64,000 nucleotides of DNA from an uncultured Ruficoccus sp. (GCA_965140785.1 OZ223475.1:192001-256000), one strand, 5' to 3'; shown: positions 9,780 through 20,590, counted from the stretch's first letter. Notes: generated by a model from the sequence alone, not told the origin. Program-made: numbers and translations.

Positions 9780-11219
9780 ATGCTTCCGCAAACGACGCAT
9801 TACCTCTTCGAGATGATCCGCAGCGAGCTGACCTGGGCCATCGGCGAGGACAATGTCTCCATCGATGCCTCCGATAAGCTGGGGCACTCCATCGACTACT
9901 ACTGGGTGCCCGAACTCTGGCACGACCGTGGCGGTGTTCCGCGCTGCCCCGATGTTATCGTGACGCCAGAGACGACCGAGGCCGTGGCTGAGGTGATGAA
10001 GATCGCCAACAAGTACAAGATCCCGGTCACTCCCTGGGGCGGCGGCTCCGGCTCGCAGGGTGGGGCGCTGCCTGTTTACGGCGGCATCAGTCTGGACACG
10101 AAAAAGCTCAACCGCGTGATCGAGGTCGATGAGAAGTCGCTCACCATCACGGCGGAAACCGGCTGCAACATGCAGCAGCTGGAGTGGGCCACGGAAAAGG
10201 CGGGCTTCTCGACCATGCACTTCCCGGCCTCTATCGCCTGTGCCACGCTCGGGGGCTTTCTCGCGCACCGTGGCACCGGTGTACTCTCGGCCAAGTACGG
10301 CAAGATGGAGGACATGATCATGTCACTGGAAATGGTCACGCCGGAGGGTGAGATCATCAACACGCTGCCGGTCCCGCGTCACGCTTCCGGCCCGGACCTG
10401 ACGCAGCTCTTTCTCGGCAGCGAGGGCACACTCGGCATCATGACCAAGGCCACGCTGAAAATTCACCCGATCCCCGAGAGCCGGAAGTTTCACGCCTATC
10501 TCTTTAAGGACATGCACACGGCGATGGCTGCCGGGGCCGAGATCATGACCTCGCGCCTGCGCCCCTGTGTGATACGCCTCTACGACACGCCGGAGACCGC
10601 CAAGGTGATCAAGAAGGTGCTCGGCATTGACCGCGAGGGCTCGTACCTGGTCTTCGGATTCGACGGCCCGGAGGACATGGTCGATCTGGAAATGTCCAAG
10701 GCCTGCGCGATCTGCGAAAAACAGGACCCCGAGGACCTCGGTGTGGAGGCCGGGCAGAGCTGGTGGGACAACCGCTACAAGTTCTTCTACCCGCCGTACA
10801 TGTTCCAGATGCCGCAGGCCTTTGGGACGCTCGATACGGTGGCGACCTTCAGTAAGATCGAGGACGTATACTGGGCGATGAAAAACGCCGTCAACGATAA
10901 CTTCCCCGAGGCGACCTTTATCGGCCACTTCTCGCACTGGTACGAGTGGGGCGCGATGCTCTATGCGCGCTTCATCATCGAGGAGCCGCCTCAGGACCCG
11001 CACGTCGCCGCCGCCCTTTACAACAAAATCTGGGACACCGCCGTGCGCGCCGCCATCTCCAAGGGCGGGGTCATCAACGAGCACCACGGCGTCGGCCTGA
11101 AGCTGGGCCGCATGATGCCCGAGCTCTACGGCGAGGCCTTTGATGTGCTCAAGCGCATCAAGACTGCCATGGACCCACTCGGCATCATGAACCCCGGCAA
11201 GATGGGCTTCGGCGTGTAG
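9780..11219 (+). CDS. FAD-binding oxidoreductase, VAO/GlcD family, alkyl-DHAP-synthase-like
   Basis: PWGGGSG, GSEGTLGI, HFSHWY, EHHGVG and DPLGIMNPGK motifs. Confidence 0.85.
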   Translation: MLPQTTHYLFEMIRSELTWAIGEDNVSIDASDKLGHSIDYYWVPELWHDRGGVPRCPDVIVTPETTEAVAEVMKIANKYKIPVTPWGGGSGSQGGALPVYGGISLDTKKLNRVIEVDEKSLTITAETGCNMQQLEWATEKAGFSTMHFPASIACATLGGFLAHRGTGVLSAKYGKMEDMIMSLEMVTPEGEIINTLPVPRHASGPDLTQLFLGSEGTLGIMTKATLKIHPIPESRKFHAYLFKDMHTAMAAGAEIMTSRLRPCVIRLYDTPETAKVIKKVLGIDREGSYLVFGFDGPEDMVDLEMSKACAICEKQDPEDLGVEAGQSWWDNRYKFFYPPYMFQMPQAFGTLDTVATFSKIEDVYWAMKNAVNDNFPEATFIGHFSHWYEWGAMLYARFIIEEPPQDPHVAAALYNKIWDTAVRAAISKGGVINEHHGVGLKLGRMMPELYGEAFDVLKRIKTAMDPLGIMNPGKMGFGV

Positions 11220-11266
11220 TGGCCGAAGCATGACAAACCAAAAAAACATTTGAGAGGATCACGACT

Positions 11267-12346
11267 ATGAACACCGACTCTTACCGCGACGTCATCAATG
11301 CCTGCCGCTTCTGCTTCATGTGCCGGCACTTGGCGACGACCGCCAACGTCACCTTTCGCGAGGCCGACATCCCGCGCGGCAACGCGCTCATCATCGACCG
11401 CCTCCGCATGAAGCCCGAGCAGTGGAGCGATCCGGACTTCATCAAGACCTTTTACGACAACACGCTCTCGGCCGCCTGCCGCAAGCACTGCGTGAGCCAC
11501 TTCGACGAGGCCGGGCTTGCCCTGGCTGCCCGCTGCGATGTGGTCGAACAGGGTTTCGCACCCACCGAGGTTCAGGCCGTGGCCGACGCGCTCAAGGCGA
11601 ACTTCGACCCGGATCTGAGCGGGGAGGGGAGCGAGGTCTTGTATTTGAAAACCACGACATACGCGGTGGGTGCTACCGCCGCTGCGGACGCCTTCACCGG
11701 GCTGATGGAGCTGGCGGGTGTGTCTTACGCGACGTTGTCTGTCAACGACACCGGAAAGGCACTGGCTGCGCTGGGCTACACCAAGGACGCCGCTGAACTG
11801 TCCGCGAAGGTCAAGGAGCAGATCGTAAAAAGCGGCTGCAAGAGCGTGGTCGTTTCCTGCCCGGCTGCCTTTGACGCGCTCAAGAACGATTTCGCCAAGT
11901 GGGGCGCGGCGCTCGACGGTATCGAAGTCCTGCACACCAGCGAGTACCTGCTGAAGCTGGTTGAGTCCGGCAAGCTCAAGCTGCCCGAGAACGGTTCCAC
12001 CGTGTACTTCATCGACAGCGATTTTCTGCGTAATTACAACGATATGACCGAGGAGCCGCGTGCGCTGCTCAAGGCTGCCGGTTGCGAACTGCGTCCGCTC
12101 GGCACGAACGTGGAAGAGTCGTTCGCGCTGGGTGAGGGCTCGGTCGTCTTTGACAAGATCCGTCCCGCCCTGGCCGCCCGCCTGCGTGGTCGCCTGATCC
12201 AGGCGATGGACAGTGCAGAGGACATCCTCGTCACCGCCAGCCCCTACACCTATGAACTGCTGGCCGCTTGTGCGGAGCCCAAACTCAACGTCCTCACGCT
12301 GGAGCAGGCTTGCCTGACCAGTGCCCAAACCCCTGCCGCCGTCTAG
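11267..12346 (+). CDS. Fe-S protein with CCG domain (GlpC/HdrD/GlcF-like), partner of the FAD oxidoreductase
   Basis: N-terminal CRFCFMCRH and ACRKHC cysteine motifs, VVSCPAA and LHTSEYL CCG-region motifs. Several cysteines appear degenerate. Confidence 0.75.
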   Translation: MNTDSYRDVINACRFCFMCRHLATTANVTFREADIPRGNALIIDRLRMKPEQWSDPDFIKTFYDNTLSAACRKHCVSHFDEAGLALAARCDVVEQGFAPTEVQAVADALKANFDPDLSGEGSEVLYLKTTTYAVGATAAADAFTGLMELAGVSYATLSVNDTGKALAALGYTKDAAELSAKVKEQIVKSGCKSVVVSCPAAFDALKNDFAKWGAALDGIEVLHTSEYLLKLVESGKLKLPENGSTVYFIDSDFLRNYNDMTEEPRALLKAAGCELRPLGTNVEESFALGEGSVVFDKIRPALAARLRGRLIQAMDSAEDILVTASPYTYELLAACAEPKLNVLTLEQACLTSAQTPAAV

Positions 12347-12348
12347 TC

Positions 12349-13182
12349 ATGCCATTGGTCACTTTTAACGAAGTCCTGCCGCAGGCGCGCGCCGAAAAGC
12401 GCGCCGTCTGCGCCTTTAATGTCGTCAATGCCGAGACCGCGCTGGCGGTCATCACCGCTGCCGAGCGCGAGCAGATGCCGGTCATCTTTCAGGTGTACCA
12501 TCGCTTGTTCAATACCGGCAAGGCGCCCTACATGGCAGCGTTGGTGCGGCATTTAGCGGAAAAGACCTCGCTGCCGGTGGCCCTGCACATGGACCACGGG
12601 CAGACGCACGAGCAGGTCCGCATGGCGATCGAGTACGGGTTTTCTTCGGTCATGTATGACGGATCGGCCAAGCCCTACGAACAGAACATTCGCGAGACGA
12701 AGGAGGCGGTCAAGCTCGCCCACGCGGCGGGCTTGAGCATCGAGGGCGAGCTCGGGCACATCCCCGGCGCGGATACCGAAACGCCGCCCCTGCCGAGCGC
12801 GGACGAGGTCAAGGCTTTCGTGGAGGAGACCGGTGTGGATGCGATGGCTGCGGCTGTCGGCACCGCGCATGGTTTTTATAAAACCACGCCCGTCATCCGC
12901 ACGGACCTGGCGCGGGAGTTCGCGGCAGCCGTGAGCATCCCGCTTGTGCTGCATGGCGGCTCGGACACGCCGGAGGATAAGGTCAAGGAAGTGATCGCCG
13001 CCGGCTTCTCCAAGATGAACATCGCCACTGAGTTCATGGCCGAATACCTGAAAGCACTCGAAGTCCAGGTGGACGCCATGCGCGGGAAGTTCACCGCCAT
13101 CGACCTTTTTATGGACCCTGTGACCGAGCATGCCTCCAAGCTCGTTCAGCAGAAAATCCGCCTGGCCTGCGGGCGGGCTTAG
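12349..13182 (+). CDS. Class II fructose/tagatose-bisphosphate aldolase family
   Basis: AFNV, LHMDHG, SVMYDGS, EGELG, GTAHG and LVLHGGS motifs. ATG 12349 lies 2 nt after the upstream stop. Confidence 0.9.
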   Translation: MPLVTFNEVLPQARAEKRAVCAFNVVNAETALAVITAAEREQMPVIFQVYHRLFNTGKAPYMAALVRHLAEKTSLPVALHMDHGQTHEQVRMAIEYGFSSVMYDGSAKPYEQNIRETKEAVKLAHAAGLSIEGELGHIPGADTETPPLPSADEVKAFVEETGVDAMAAAVGTAHGFYKTTPVIRTDLAREFAAAVSIPLVLHGGSDTPEDKVKEVIAAGFSKMNIATEFMAEYLKALEVQVDAMRGKFTAIDLFMDPVTEHASKLVQQKIRLACGRA

Positions 13183-13209
13183 CTACCGACTTGTTACCTG
13201 TTAATTCTT

Positions 13210-14577
13210 ATGAGCGATTCTAAACTTACCGTTGGGTACGTCCCCTGCGCCAAAGGAAGCTGGGTGGACAGCCATCTCGAAGTGATTCGGGCTGAGGGCC
13301 GCGAGGCCCTTAGCCAATCCTCGCCGGACGCGCGTGTCGTGGGTGGTGAGACCATCATCACGACTGAGGCCGAGGCCCAGGCGTTGATCGAGAAGCTTGA
13401 AGCCGAGCGCGTGGACGTGCTGGTGGTTCACTTCATCACCTTCGCCCTCGGGGCGGTCGTGCCTATGCTGGTCGAGCGTCTAAAGGTGCCGGTGTTGCTG
13501 TGGTCGATGCCGGAGCCCCCGATGCAGGGCGGGCGCATCAGCTCGAACTCCTTCTGCGCGGTCAACATGAACGCGCACGCGATGTGGGTGCTCGGCTACG
13601 AGTACCTGCACGTGCACGCGCCGCTGGAGGACGCCGCCGTGGCGCTGGGAAAGAAGCTCAAGGTCTTTAAGTGCCTCAAGGCGCTTTCGCGCTTCAAGCT
13701 CGGTGTTGTCGGTAACCGTGTGCCCGGCTTCTACGCCTCGAACGCAGACGAACTGCTACTGCGTCGCGAGCTGAGCGTGGAGATCGAGTTGATCACGCTT
13801 TGGGAATTGATCGAAAGCACCCGCAAGATTTCCGAACAAAAACAGGCTGAGGGCTTGAAGATGCTGACAGGTTCGGGCACGCCGTCCGAGGGCGTGAATG
13901 AGTCCGAGTTAAGTAAAGGGGCCGCTCTCTACGAGGCTTTCCTCGCCTTGAAGGACAAGTACCAGCTCAGCAGCTTCGCCGTGCGTTGCTGGCCGGAATT
14001 CGGGGACATGCTCGGCATCGCCGTGTGCGCGATTTCCAGCCTGCTAAACGACAAGGGCATCCTCACCGGCTGCGAGGGCGACATCTACGGCACCGTCACG
14101 ATGATGATGGAGCACGAGCTGACCGGCGAGCTGCCGTTCTTCTGTGACTTGATCTCCATCGACTCGGATGAAAACGTCGGCATGACCTGGCACTGCGGCG
14201 CTGCCCCAACCTCCCTGTGCTGTTCGTCAGCCAAGCCCGAGCTGCGTAAACACTCGATCATGGACGGCGGCGGCAAGAAGGGCCTGACGATGGAGTTCCC
14301 CATAAAAACCGGCAAGGTCACCATGGCCCGCCTGAGCGAAAACCGCAACGGCGACGGCTACCGCATGCTCATCACCACCGGTACCGCCGTGCCCACCGAG
14401 CAGGTCCTGCGCGGCAACCCGATGAAGATCAAGTTCGACGCCGACCTGTCGAAAATCTCCGAGACCCTCGTTTACGGGGGCTTCGAACACCACTTCTCCG
14501 TCATCCACGGCGACATCGTGGAGGAACTCAAAGACCTCTGCCGCCTGCGAAAAATCGAGCCCGTTATTATTTCATAA
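13210..14577 (+). CDS. L-fucose/L-arabinose isomerase-family protein
   Basis: NSFC, RCWPE, CEGD, WHCG and GFEHH motifs. Confidence 0.8.
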   Translation: MSDSKLTVGYVPCAKGSWVDSHLEVIRAEGREALSQSSPDARVVGGETIITTEAEAQALIEKLEAERVDVLVVHFITFALGAVVPMLVERLKVPVLLWSMPEPPMQGGRISSNSFCAVNMNAHAMWVLGYEYLHVHAPLEDAAVALGKKLKVFKCLKALSRFKLGVVGNRVPGFYASNADELLLRRELSVEIELITLWELIESTRKISEQKQAEGLKMLTGSGTPSEGVNESELSKGAALYEAFLALKDKYQLSSFAVRCWPEFGDMLGIAVCAISSLLNDKGILTGCEGDIYGTVTMMMEHELTGELPFFCDLISIDSDENVGMTWHCGAAPTSLCCSSAKPELRKHSIMDGGGKKGLTMEFPIKTGKVTMARLSENRNGDGYRMLITTGTAVPTEQVLRGNPMKIKFDADLSKISETLVYGGFEHHFSVIHGDIVEELKDLCRLRKIEPVIIS

Positions 14578-14614
14578 CTGGCAACACTCAGCAAATATTT
14601 AACCGGTAATCCTT

Positions 14615-15952
14615 ATGGCTAAAATCGCATTAATCGGCGCCGGAGGCGTCATTTTTACACAAAATTTTATCAAAGATATTCTACGGGACGATGTGCTTCG
14701 AAAGAACCATATCGCCCTGATGGATATCGACCAGCAACGGCTCGACAACGCCGTGGCATTTACACGTAAAATCGGTGAGCAGTTGGATGTTACGCCCAAT
14801 TATTCGGCTACAACCGATCTAAGAGAAGCCCTTGAGGGGGCCGACTATGTTATTACGATCTTCAGGGTGGGAACGCTTGATCACCAGCGTGTCGAGCAGG
14901 AGATCCCCCGTAAATACGGAGTGGATCAAGTGGTCGGAGACAGCATGGGCCCAGGCGGTATGTTCCGCGGGCTACGCACGCTCAAGGCACTGTTCGAAGT
15001 GTTGGATGCGATGGAGGAAGTATGCCCCGGCGCTTATCTGTTGAACTACGTCAACCCGATGTCCCTGAACACCATTGCCCTCAACAAACGGGCTCGCACT
15101 GTCAAAGTCTACGGGTTGTGTCATAGTGTGCAGCATACCTCAAAGCAGCTGTCCAAATACATCGACGCTGATCGATCAAAGGTAAGCTTTCTTGTCGCTG
15201 GTGTGAACCATCAGGCATTTTTTCTGAAATTCGAAGTTGATGGTAACGACGCCTACCCGCAACTGCGCCAAGCAATGTGCGACTCTTCGATTTATGATCA
15301 GGACCGGGTGCGTTTCGAGCTGATGAAGCATTTCGGTTATTTCCCGACCGAATCGAGTGGCCACGGCAGTGAATATGTTCCCTATTTCCGGAAGCGTAAG
15401 GATTTGCGGGAGCGTTTCTTTAGTCTGCCGGAGGGCGAGGAAAGGACGTACAACATGGAACTGGGGACTTCAGGTGCGTCTCTGCTGATGTGCGCTGATT
15501 TGCAGGAAAAGAATGAGAGGCGGATAGCCGCGATCATTGACGGAAGCGAGCAGATCGATATGTCGCCGAGCGACGAGTATGGGGTGCAACTCATTGCGGC
15601 CCTGGAGAAGAATGAACTGATGTCGGCCAATCTAAACGTAATGAACAATGGCCTGATTCCGTCGCTGCCGCCAGAATGTTGCGTGGAGGTTCCCTGCATG
15701 GTATCTGCCAGTGGGATCATTCCGTGCCAGATCTCCGATTATCCCGAGCAACTGGCCGGGCTTAATCGCAGCATGATCAATTTTCAAATGATGGGGGCGG
15801 AGGCCGCCCTGGAGTGTTCTAAACGAAAAGTTTTCCAGGCGATCGCGCTTGATCCGCTGACGGCGGCTGTTTGTTCGCTGGACGAGATTCAGGCTATGAC
15901 CGACGAACTCTTTGAAGCTTTGGCTACAGAGATATCCCCAAGTTTTGGCTGA
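14615..15952 (+). CDS. GH4 NAD-dependent alpha-galactosidase/alpha-glucosidase (MelA-like)
   Basis: IALIGAG, GPGGMFRGLRT, NYVNP, GLCHSVQ, AGVNHQAF and TESSGH motifs. Confidence 0.9.
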   Translation: MAKIALIGAGGVIFTQNFIKDILRDDVLRKNHIALMDIDQQRLDNAVAFTRKIGEQLDVTPNYSATTDLREALEGADYVITIFRVGTLDHQRVEQEIPRKYGVDQVVGDSMGPGGMFRGLRTLKALFEVLDAMEEVCPGAYLLNYVNPMSLNTIALNKRARTVKVYGLCHSVQHTSKQLSKYIDADRSKVSFLVAGVNHQAFFLKFEVDGNDAYPQLRQAMCDSSIYDQDRVRFELMKHFGYFPTESSGHGSEYVPYFRKRKDLRERFFSLPEGEERTYNMELGTSGASLLMCADLQEKNERRIAAIIDGSEQIDMSPSDEYGVQLIAALEKNELMSANLNVMNNGLIPSLPPECCVEVPCMVSASGIIPCQISDYPEQLAGLNRSMINFQMMGAEAALECSKRKVFQAIALDPLTAAVCSLDEIQAMTDELFEALATEISPSFG

Positions 15953-15967
15953 CTTCTGATTAAAACC

Positions 15968-16436
15968 TTGCCGAACCTACTCGTTCTCCACAGCCACGAC
16001 TTGGGCCAAGTGCAGCCTCTACGACCCTGGCATCGAGGTGTCGCTCATCTTCAAGGGACTGGGCATCGCCACCGGACAGGACTTGCCCGGCCTGATCAGT
16101 GATGTGGACGTGTTCCCGACGGTCTGCGGCCTGCTCGGTGTTCCTGTGCCGCAGGGCCTGGAGGGCCGTTTCTTTGCCCGCTATCTGACCATGGGCGAAG
16201 CGAGGCCACGGGAGGAGGTATTCGCCGAGAAAGGCTACCTCCCTATTAGCTGTGCGGGTAGCCCGAACTGGCCGACCTGCGCGAACGACTGGTCAGGTGA
16301 ATGCCCGAGAGCGACGACTCACTGGCCACCACCCCGTCCAGAGCACCTACTACAAGAACCTCCAGCAGGAACTGCTCGCTGGAGAACCGGCGTAGGTGAC
16401 TTAAAACTGCTTGGCACAGCCTATGCCTATGCCTAG
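15968..16436 (+). pseudogene. Collapsed sulfatase remnant
   Basis: A sulfatase N-terminus (PNLLVLHSHDLG) is joined out of frame to mid/C-terminal sulfatase motifs (AKCSLYDPGIEVSLIF, SDVDVFPT, LEGR, REEVFAE). The catalytic CxPxR region is absent. Confidence 0.7.
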
Positions 16437-16939
16437 ACCTAGATGTGTTGTTTCACTGGGGCACAGGGTAATGAATTCTGTGCCTATATCGGAGCGAGAT
16501 TTAGATCAATGGCTACCTCGAACACGATCAAGGACTAAAATATCTTTATCGCAACCAATAGGGCACTTTGATTAACCTCCTATGAGGGATGAGGAGTGAT
16601 CCTAATGAAAAGTAGAAACACCTTTTTCCGAAGTGACCCTAAGAAAAAAGCAGTTTGTGGATATGCAGATTTTTCCATAGTCTTCAGGGTAATCACATGC
16701 AAATAGACAAGCTTTCATAGACACCCAATTACTCGAATTACCTTTGGTGTTGTCGTAAAGGCCTTAGCTTTGTTTAGAGCTGTCTTATTGTGCCCTATTA
16801 AAAAGTTGTAATATGAATCTATCTCGATTGATAAAATCAATCTTTGATTGAATTTCTTAAGAAAAATGCAACAGATAATAACGTGTTATTATTTGTCGTG
16901 GTTGCAACGCATGATATGCCATCTGACAATAGCGTCATC

Positions 16940-18844
16940 ATGAGTTTCATGTTTAATCCTCACCCGTATGACGATCCTAACGCAATTAACCGTATTTCGC
17001 TTCCGGTTGATATTGAATCGTCGATCATTCACGGAACGTCCAGTGTTGTTGGTGCGCTCGCGAAACAATTCGCCGAGACGGCAACCAGAAATAAGAAGGC
17101 GGGAGAGGGCCCGTTTGTCGTCGCCTTCGACGGTTATTTCGGTGCGGAATTCTCCGATGTTTTGAATCCGGTCTTTCAGCAACTGACTCTCAAGGGGTTG
17201 AACGTCTCCGTCATTGATGCGGTCCGGGCGCTTTACAAATCCCCGGAGGAGCTTGAGGCTCAGTTCTCAGAGAACCTGCCCAATGATCGGGTGAAAGACC
17301 CGGTACTGCTCTTTGGTAAGCTGTTTACGGGTACCTTTGAGGACCTGCTTTGTGACAGTGCAGTTGAACGGTTGCATAGGGATCTTTCGGATTTGCGCTC
17401 AGACGAGGCTTCGGATGCTCCTGATCTGGTTTTTGTTTTCGGCTGTGGCTGTAGCATTGCTTCTCTCCGCAGTTGCTATGATACCGTCGTCTATTTCGAC
17501 GTGACGCCCAAGCGGGCCATTCTCCGAGCTAAAGCCGGACTGGTCGCTAACTTTGGCGATGTCCATCCGCGTCCTTTCAAGGAATTGGTTCGGCGGTTTT
17601 ATTACGTAGATTTCGAGGTTTCGGGTAAGCTTCGTCGCGAATTACTGTGCGCCGATGCGTCCGAATCACCGGAGCTTTTTTATGTCACCCGTATGGGGCC
17701 GGTCGATTCGATCGGCGAATGTACATTGCTGCCGCGTATTGCCTTCACTGAAGTCTGTAAATCGCTTGCCGGGCAACCATTCCGTTGTCGCCCCGTCTAT
17801 GTCGAAGGCGTTTGGGGCGGGTCGTTTGTTTCCCGGGTGCGCAAGCTCCCGCCAGTCTTTACTAAGCTTGCGTGGGTCTTCGACCTTATTCCACTTGAGG
17901 TCAGCATTGTGGCGGAAACGCCTGTCGGACTTCAGGTCGAAATGCCGTATTTCACGTTTGTGCAAAAGGAGGGTCTCGCTCTGATGGGTGAGAAAACGCT
18001 TCGGCGTTTCGGTGGATATTTTCCCATTCGCTTCAACTATGACGATACTTGGCACAGCAGCGGCAACATGTCGATACAGGTGCACCCGACACAGGATTAC
18101 ATTGTCTCGCAGAACGGGGAGTATGGCCAGCAGAACGAGAGCTATTACGCCGTTGCTACCGGCCATGGCGCGAAGACGTATTTGGGATTCAACGAGGGAG
18201 TGACGAAAGAGTCGTTTTTTAAGGAGGCACGACGTTCCGAAAAAGACAAAACGCCGATCAACTACGAAGCTTACATCCATGGAGTGCCGTCGCAGCCCGG
18301 AACGCAGTTTATACTGCCCGGCGGTACGATTCATGCCTCCGGCCAGAACCAAGTAGTACTGGAGATCGGAAGCCTCACGGTTGGCTCCTACACTTACAAG
18401 CTCTATGACTATTTGCGGTCTGACTTGGACGGCAATCCACGCCCCATCCATATGCACCATGCCGAGAATGTGCTGGATGGAAGTTGTGTGGCCCCGGAAT
18501 CTGTCCGCAAACTGGTACCTGAGCCGAAGCGCCTACGCGGCGACGAGACTGGGGGTTGGAGTGAGTGGCTGGTCGGTGAGCACCCGGATGTGTATTTCAG
18601 TCTGAGGCGATTGGCCATCGCCCCCGGGAGTGTGGCAGAAGATGATACCGATGGGATCTTTCACGTGCTTGTGCTTGTCGATGGAGAGGAAATTCTCATC
18701 GAGTCAAAGGCCGACCCGGCGAAGTATTTCAAAGCACAGTTTCTGGACATGGTGGTAGTGCCAGCTAATATTGGTCCTTATACAGTTCGCAACCTCGGAA
18801 AACAACCAGTTGTTGTGCACAAGACACGACTCAAGGACGCCTGA
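16940..18844 (+). CDS. Class I mannose-6-phosphate isomerase-like cupin protein with long N-terminal extension
   Basis: GVWGG, MSIQVHP, ESYY and GTIHASG..VLEI metal-binding cupin motifs. ATG 16940 (MSFMFNPHPYDD) is the likely start. Confidence 0.75.
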   Translation: MSFMFNPHPYDDPNAINRISLPVDIESSIIHGTSSVVGALAKQFAETATRNKKAGEGPFVVAFDGYFGAEFSDVLNPVFQQLTLKGLNVSVIDAVRALYKSPEELEAQFSENLPNDRVKDPVLLFGKLFTGTFEDLLCDSAVERLHRDLSDLRSDEASDAPDLVFVFGCGCSIASLRSCYDTVVYFDVTPKRAILRAKAGLVANFGDVHPRPFKELVRRFYYVDFEVSGKLRRELLCADASESPELFYVTRMGPVDSIGECTLLPRIAFTEVCKSLAGQPFRCRPVYVEGVWGGSFVSRVRKLPPVFTKLAWVFDLIPLEVSIVAETPVGLQVEMPYFTFVQKEGLALMGEKTLRRFGGYFPIRFNYDDTWHSSGNMSIQVHPTQDYIVSQNGEYGQQNESYYAVATGHGAKTYLGFNEGVTKESFFKEARRSEKDKTPINYEAYIHGVPSQPGTQFILPGGTIHASGQNQVVLEIGSLTVGSYTYKLYDYLRSDLDGNPRPIHMHHAENVLDGSCVAPESVRKLVPEPKRLRGDETGGWSEWLVGEHPDVYFSLRRLAIAPGSVAEDDTDGIFHVLVLVDGEEILIESKADPAKYFKAQFLDMVVVPANIGPYTVRNLGKQPVVVHKTRLKDA

Positions 18845-18847
18845 CCC

Positions 18848-19765
18848 ATGCCAACCCATATCCAATGTGCGGCGCTCGCTATTGACGCCGGCGGTACATA
18901 TTTCAAGTCGGCGCTCGTTTCCTCGACCGGTGCTCTTGTCGAGGCTCCCGCTTTTACGGAAGTGGATTCGGACGGTTCGGCGGAAGCGCTTTTGTCGGCG
19001 TATGGTATGATTATTGAGCGGGCGCGAACAAGCTTGCGGCAGCAGGGCATCCGGTGGGCGGGGATAGGCGTGTCTACGCCTGGACCCTTTGACTATGCCC
19101 GGTGCACCAGCCTGATGACACACAAGTTTTCGCAACTTCGCGGACTCGACTTGAGACAAGCCCTTCGCGATCGGTTTGCGTTCTTGCGAGAGGTCCCCGT
19201 TCGATTCATCCACGACGGTCACGCTTTCATCCTAGGTGAGTATTGGCGAGGGGCTGCACAGGGATACAACCGTGTGGCTGGAGTTACCCTTGGTACCGGC
19301 ATCGGGTTTGGCGCAGTCGTTAACGGGCATATTCAAGATGACGGTATGGGTGGCCCTTGGGTTAGTCTCTATCAGCGGCCCTGTCGGGATGGAATACTTG
19401 AAGATGTGGCTTCCGCGCGTGGCATCCTGCGCTTGTACCGCGAAAAAAAAAGTGCTCAGTGCCAAGACAAGGAGGAACGGTTGGATGTGGCTGAAATTGC
19501 TCGTCGTGCTTTAGCGGCTAAAGCTGATCAGGATGCGGTGTCAGTGTTTTACGAAGTGGGTAGCGTGCTGGGCGAGCACCTGAGCGAAGTTGCCGCTTCG
19601 CTGAACATCGAGAGTTTTATATTTGGCGGACAGATTGCGAAGTCTTTTTCCCTGCTGAGGCCGGGATTGACGGCTGGCCTACAGGGGGAGGTCGAATTAT
19701 GTCCCGCTAAGCTTATTGATGAGGCGGCCTTAGCTGGTGCGACATATTCTCTTCTGCGGCCCTGA
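18848..19765 (+). CDS. ROK-family sugar kinase
   Basis: IDAGGT, GVSTPGPFD, TLGTGIG and FGGQI motifs. Confidence 0.85.
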   Translation: MPTHIQCAALAIDAGGTYFKSALVSSTGALVEAPAFTEVDSDGSAEALLSAYGMIIERARTSLRQQGIRWAGIGVSTPGPFDYARCTSLMTHKFSQLRGLDLRQALRDRFAFLREVPVRFIHDGHAFILGEYWRGAAQGYNRVAGVTLGTGIGFGAVVNGHIQDDGMGGPWVSLYQRPCRDGILEDVASARGILRLYREKKSAQCQDKEERLDVAEIARRALAAKADQDAVSVFYEVGSVLGEHLSEVAASLNIESFIFGGQIAKSFSLLRPGLTAGLQGEVELCPAKLIDEAALAGATYSLLRP

Positions 19766-19874
19766 GCTTACCGTGGGGATGAATTCATGTCATCACCGGC
19801 ATATTGAAAAACACTGTTGGTGTGAATCCGTATTGTAAGGATTACGTATCGGCTGAAATGAACCTAATTATATT

Positions 19875-20516
19875 ATGCATTGGTTAGACTGGCTTATCAC
19901 CCTTATGCCTGTTGCCATCGTTTTGTTTCTTGCTGTATACAGTAAGAAACACGTGCGTGGGGTGGTGGATTTTCTGGCGGCGGGCCGCTATGTGATCTCG
20001 GCGGGAGACCTGACGGCGGGGTTGAGTGTGATCACACTGGTGGCGCTGGTCGAGACCAAGTATCAGGTTGGCTATGCGTTGTCCTTCTGGGAATACCTGA
20101 CGATACCGGTGGGCGTCATCATGGGGCTGACCGGGTACTGTGTGTACCGTTTTCGTGAGACGGGTTCGCTCACGATCGGGCAGTTTCTGGAGATGCGTTA
20201 TTGCCGGCCGTTTCGTATCGTGGCGGCCACGATACGTCTGGTCTCGGAGATAGTGACCAACACCATCGGTCCGGCAATAGTGGCCATTTTTATCATCTAC
20301 TTTCTAAGGCTTCCACTAAAGGTGATGATCCTCGGGGTCATTCCCACAGTCTGGTTCCTTATCGGTGGCATCATTGACATCCGTAAGCTCTTTCTCGACC
20401 TCGCCGCCCGTATCGATGACCTGCTCGAGAGCGGCATGGTAGAAGGCTACGTCTCTATCATCGACAAAGCCGTCTTCGAAGCACGCGGAATGGAAAACGA
20501 CTATAAGGACGTTTAG
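19875..20516 (+). pseudogene. Sodium:solute symporter with large in-frame internal deletion
   Basis: SSS N-terminus (DFLAAGR, TIGQFLEMRY) runs directly into a C-terminal-type tail (TVWFLIGGIID...). At 213 aa it is far shorter than a 13-14 TM SSS. Confidence 0.65.
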
Positions 20517-20590
20517 GTCTACTATATATTATAAAAGGATGCTTACGTGCTTAATTAATACTAAAATAAAAAAATATAAAGATTATCTTT

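Noticed and set aside
7824..13139. Long minus-strand ORFs opposite the catabolic genes (e.g. 7824-8687, 10323-11249, 11126-12328)
   Set aside because: Antisense shadows of GC-rich coding genes with no recognisable motifs.
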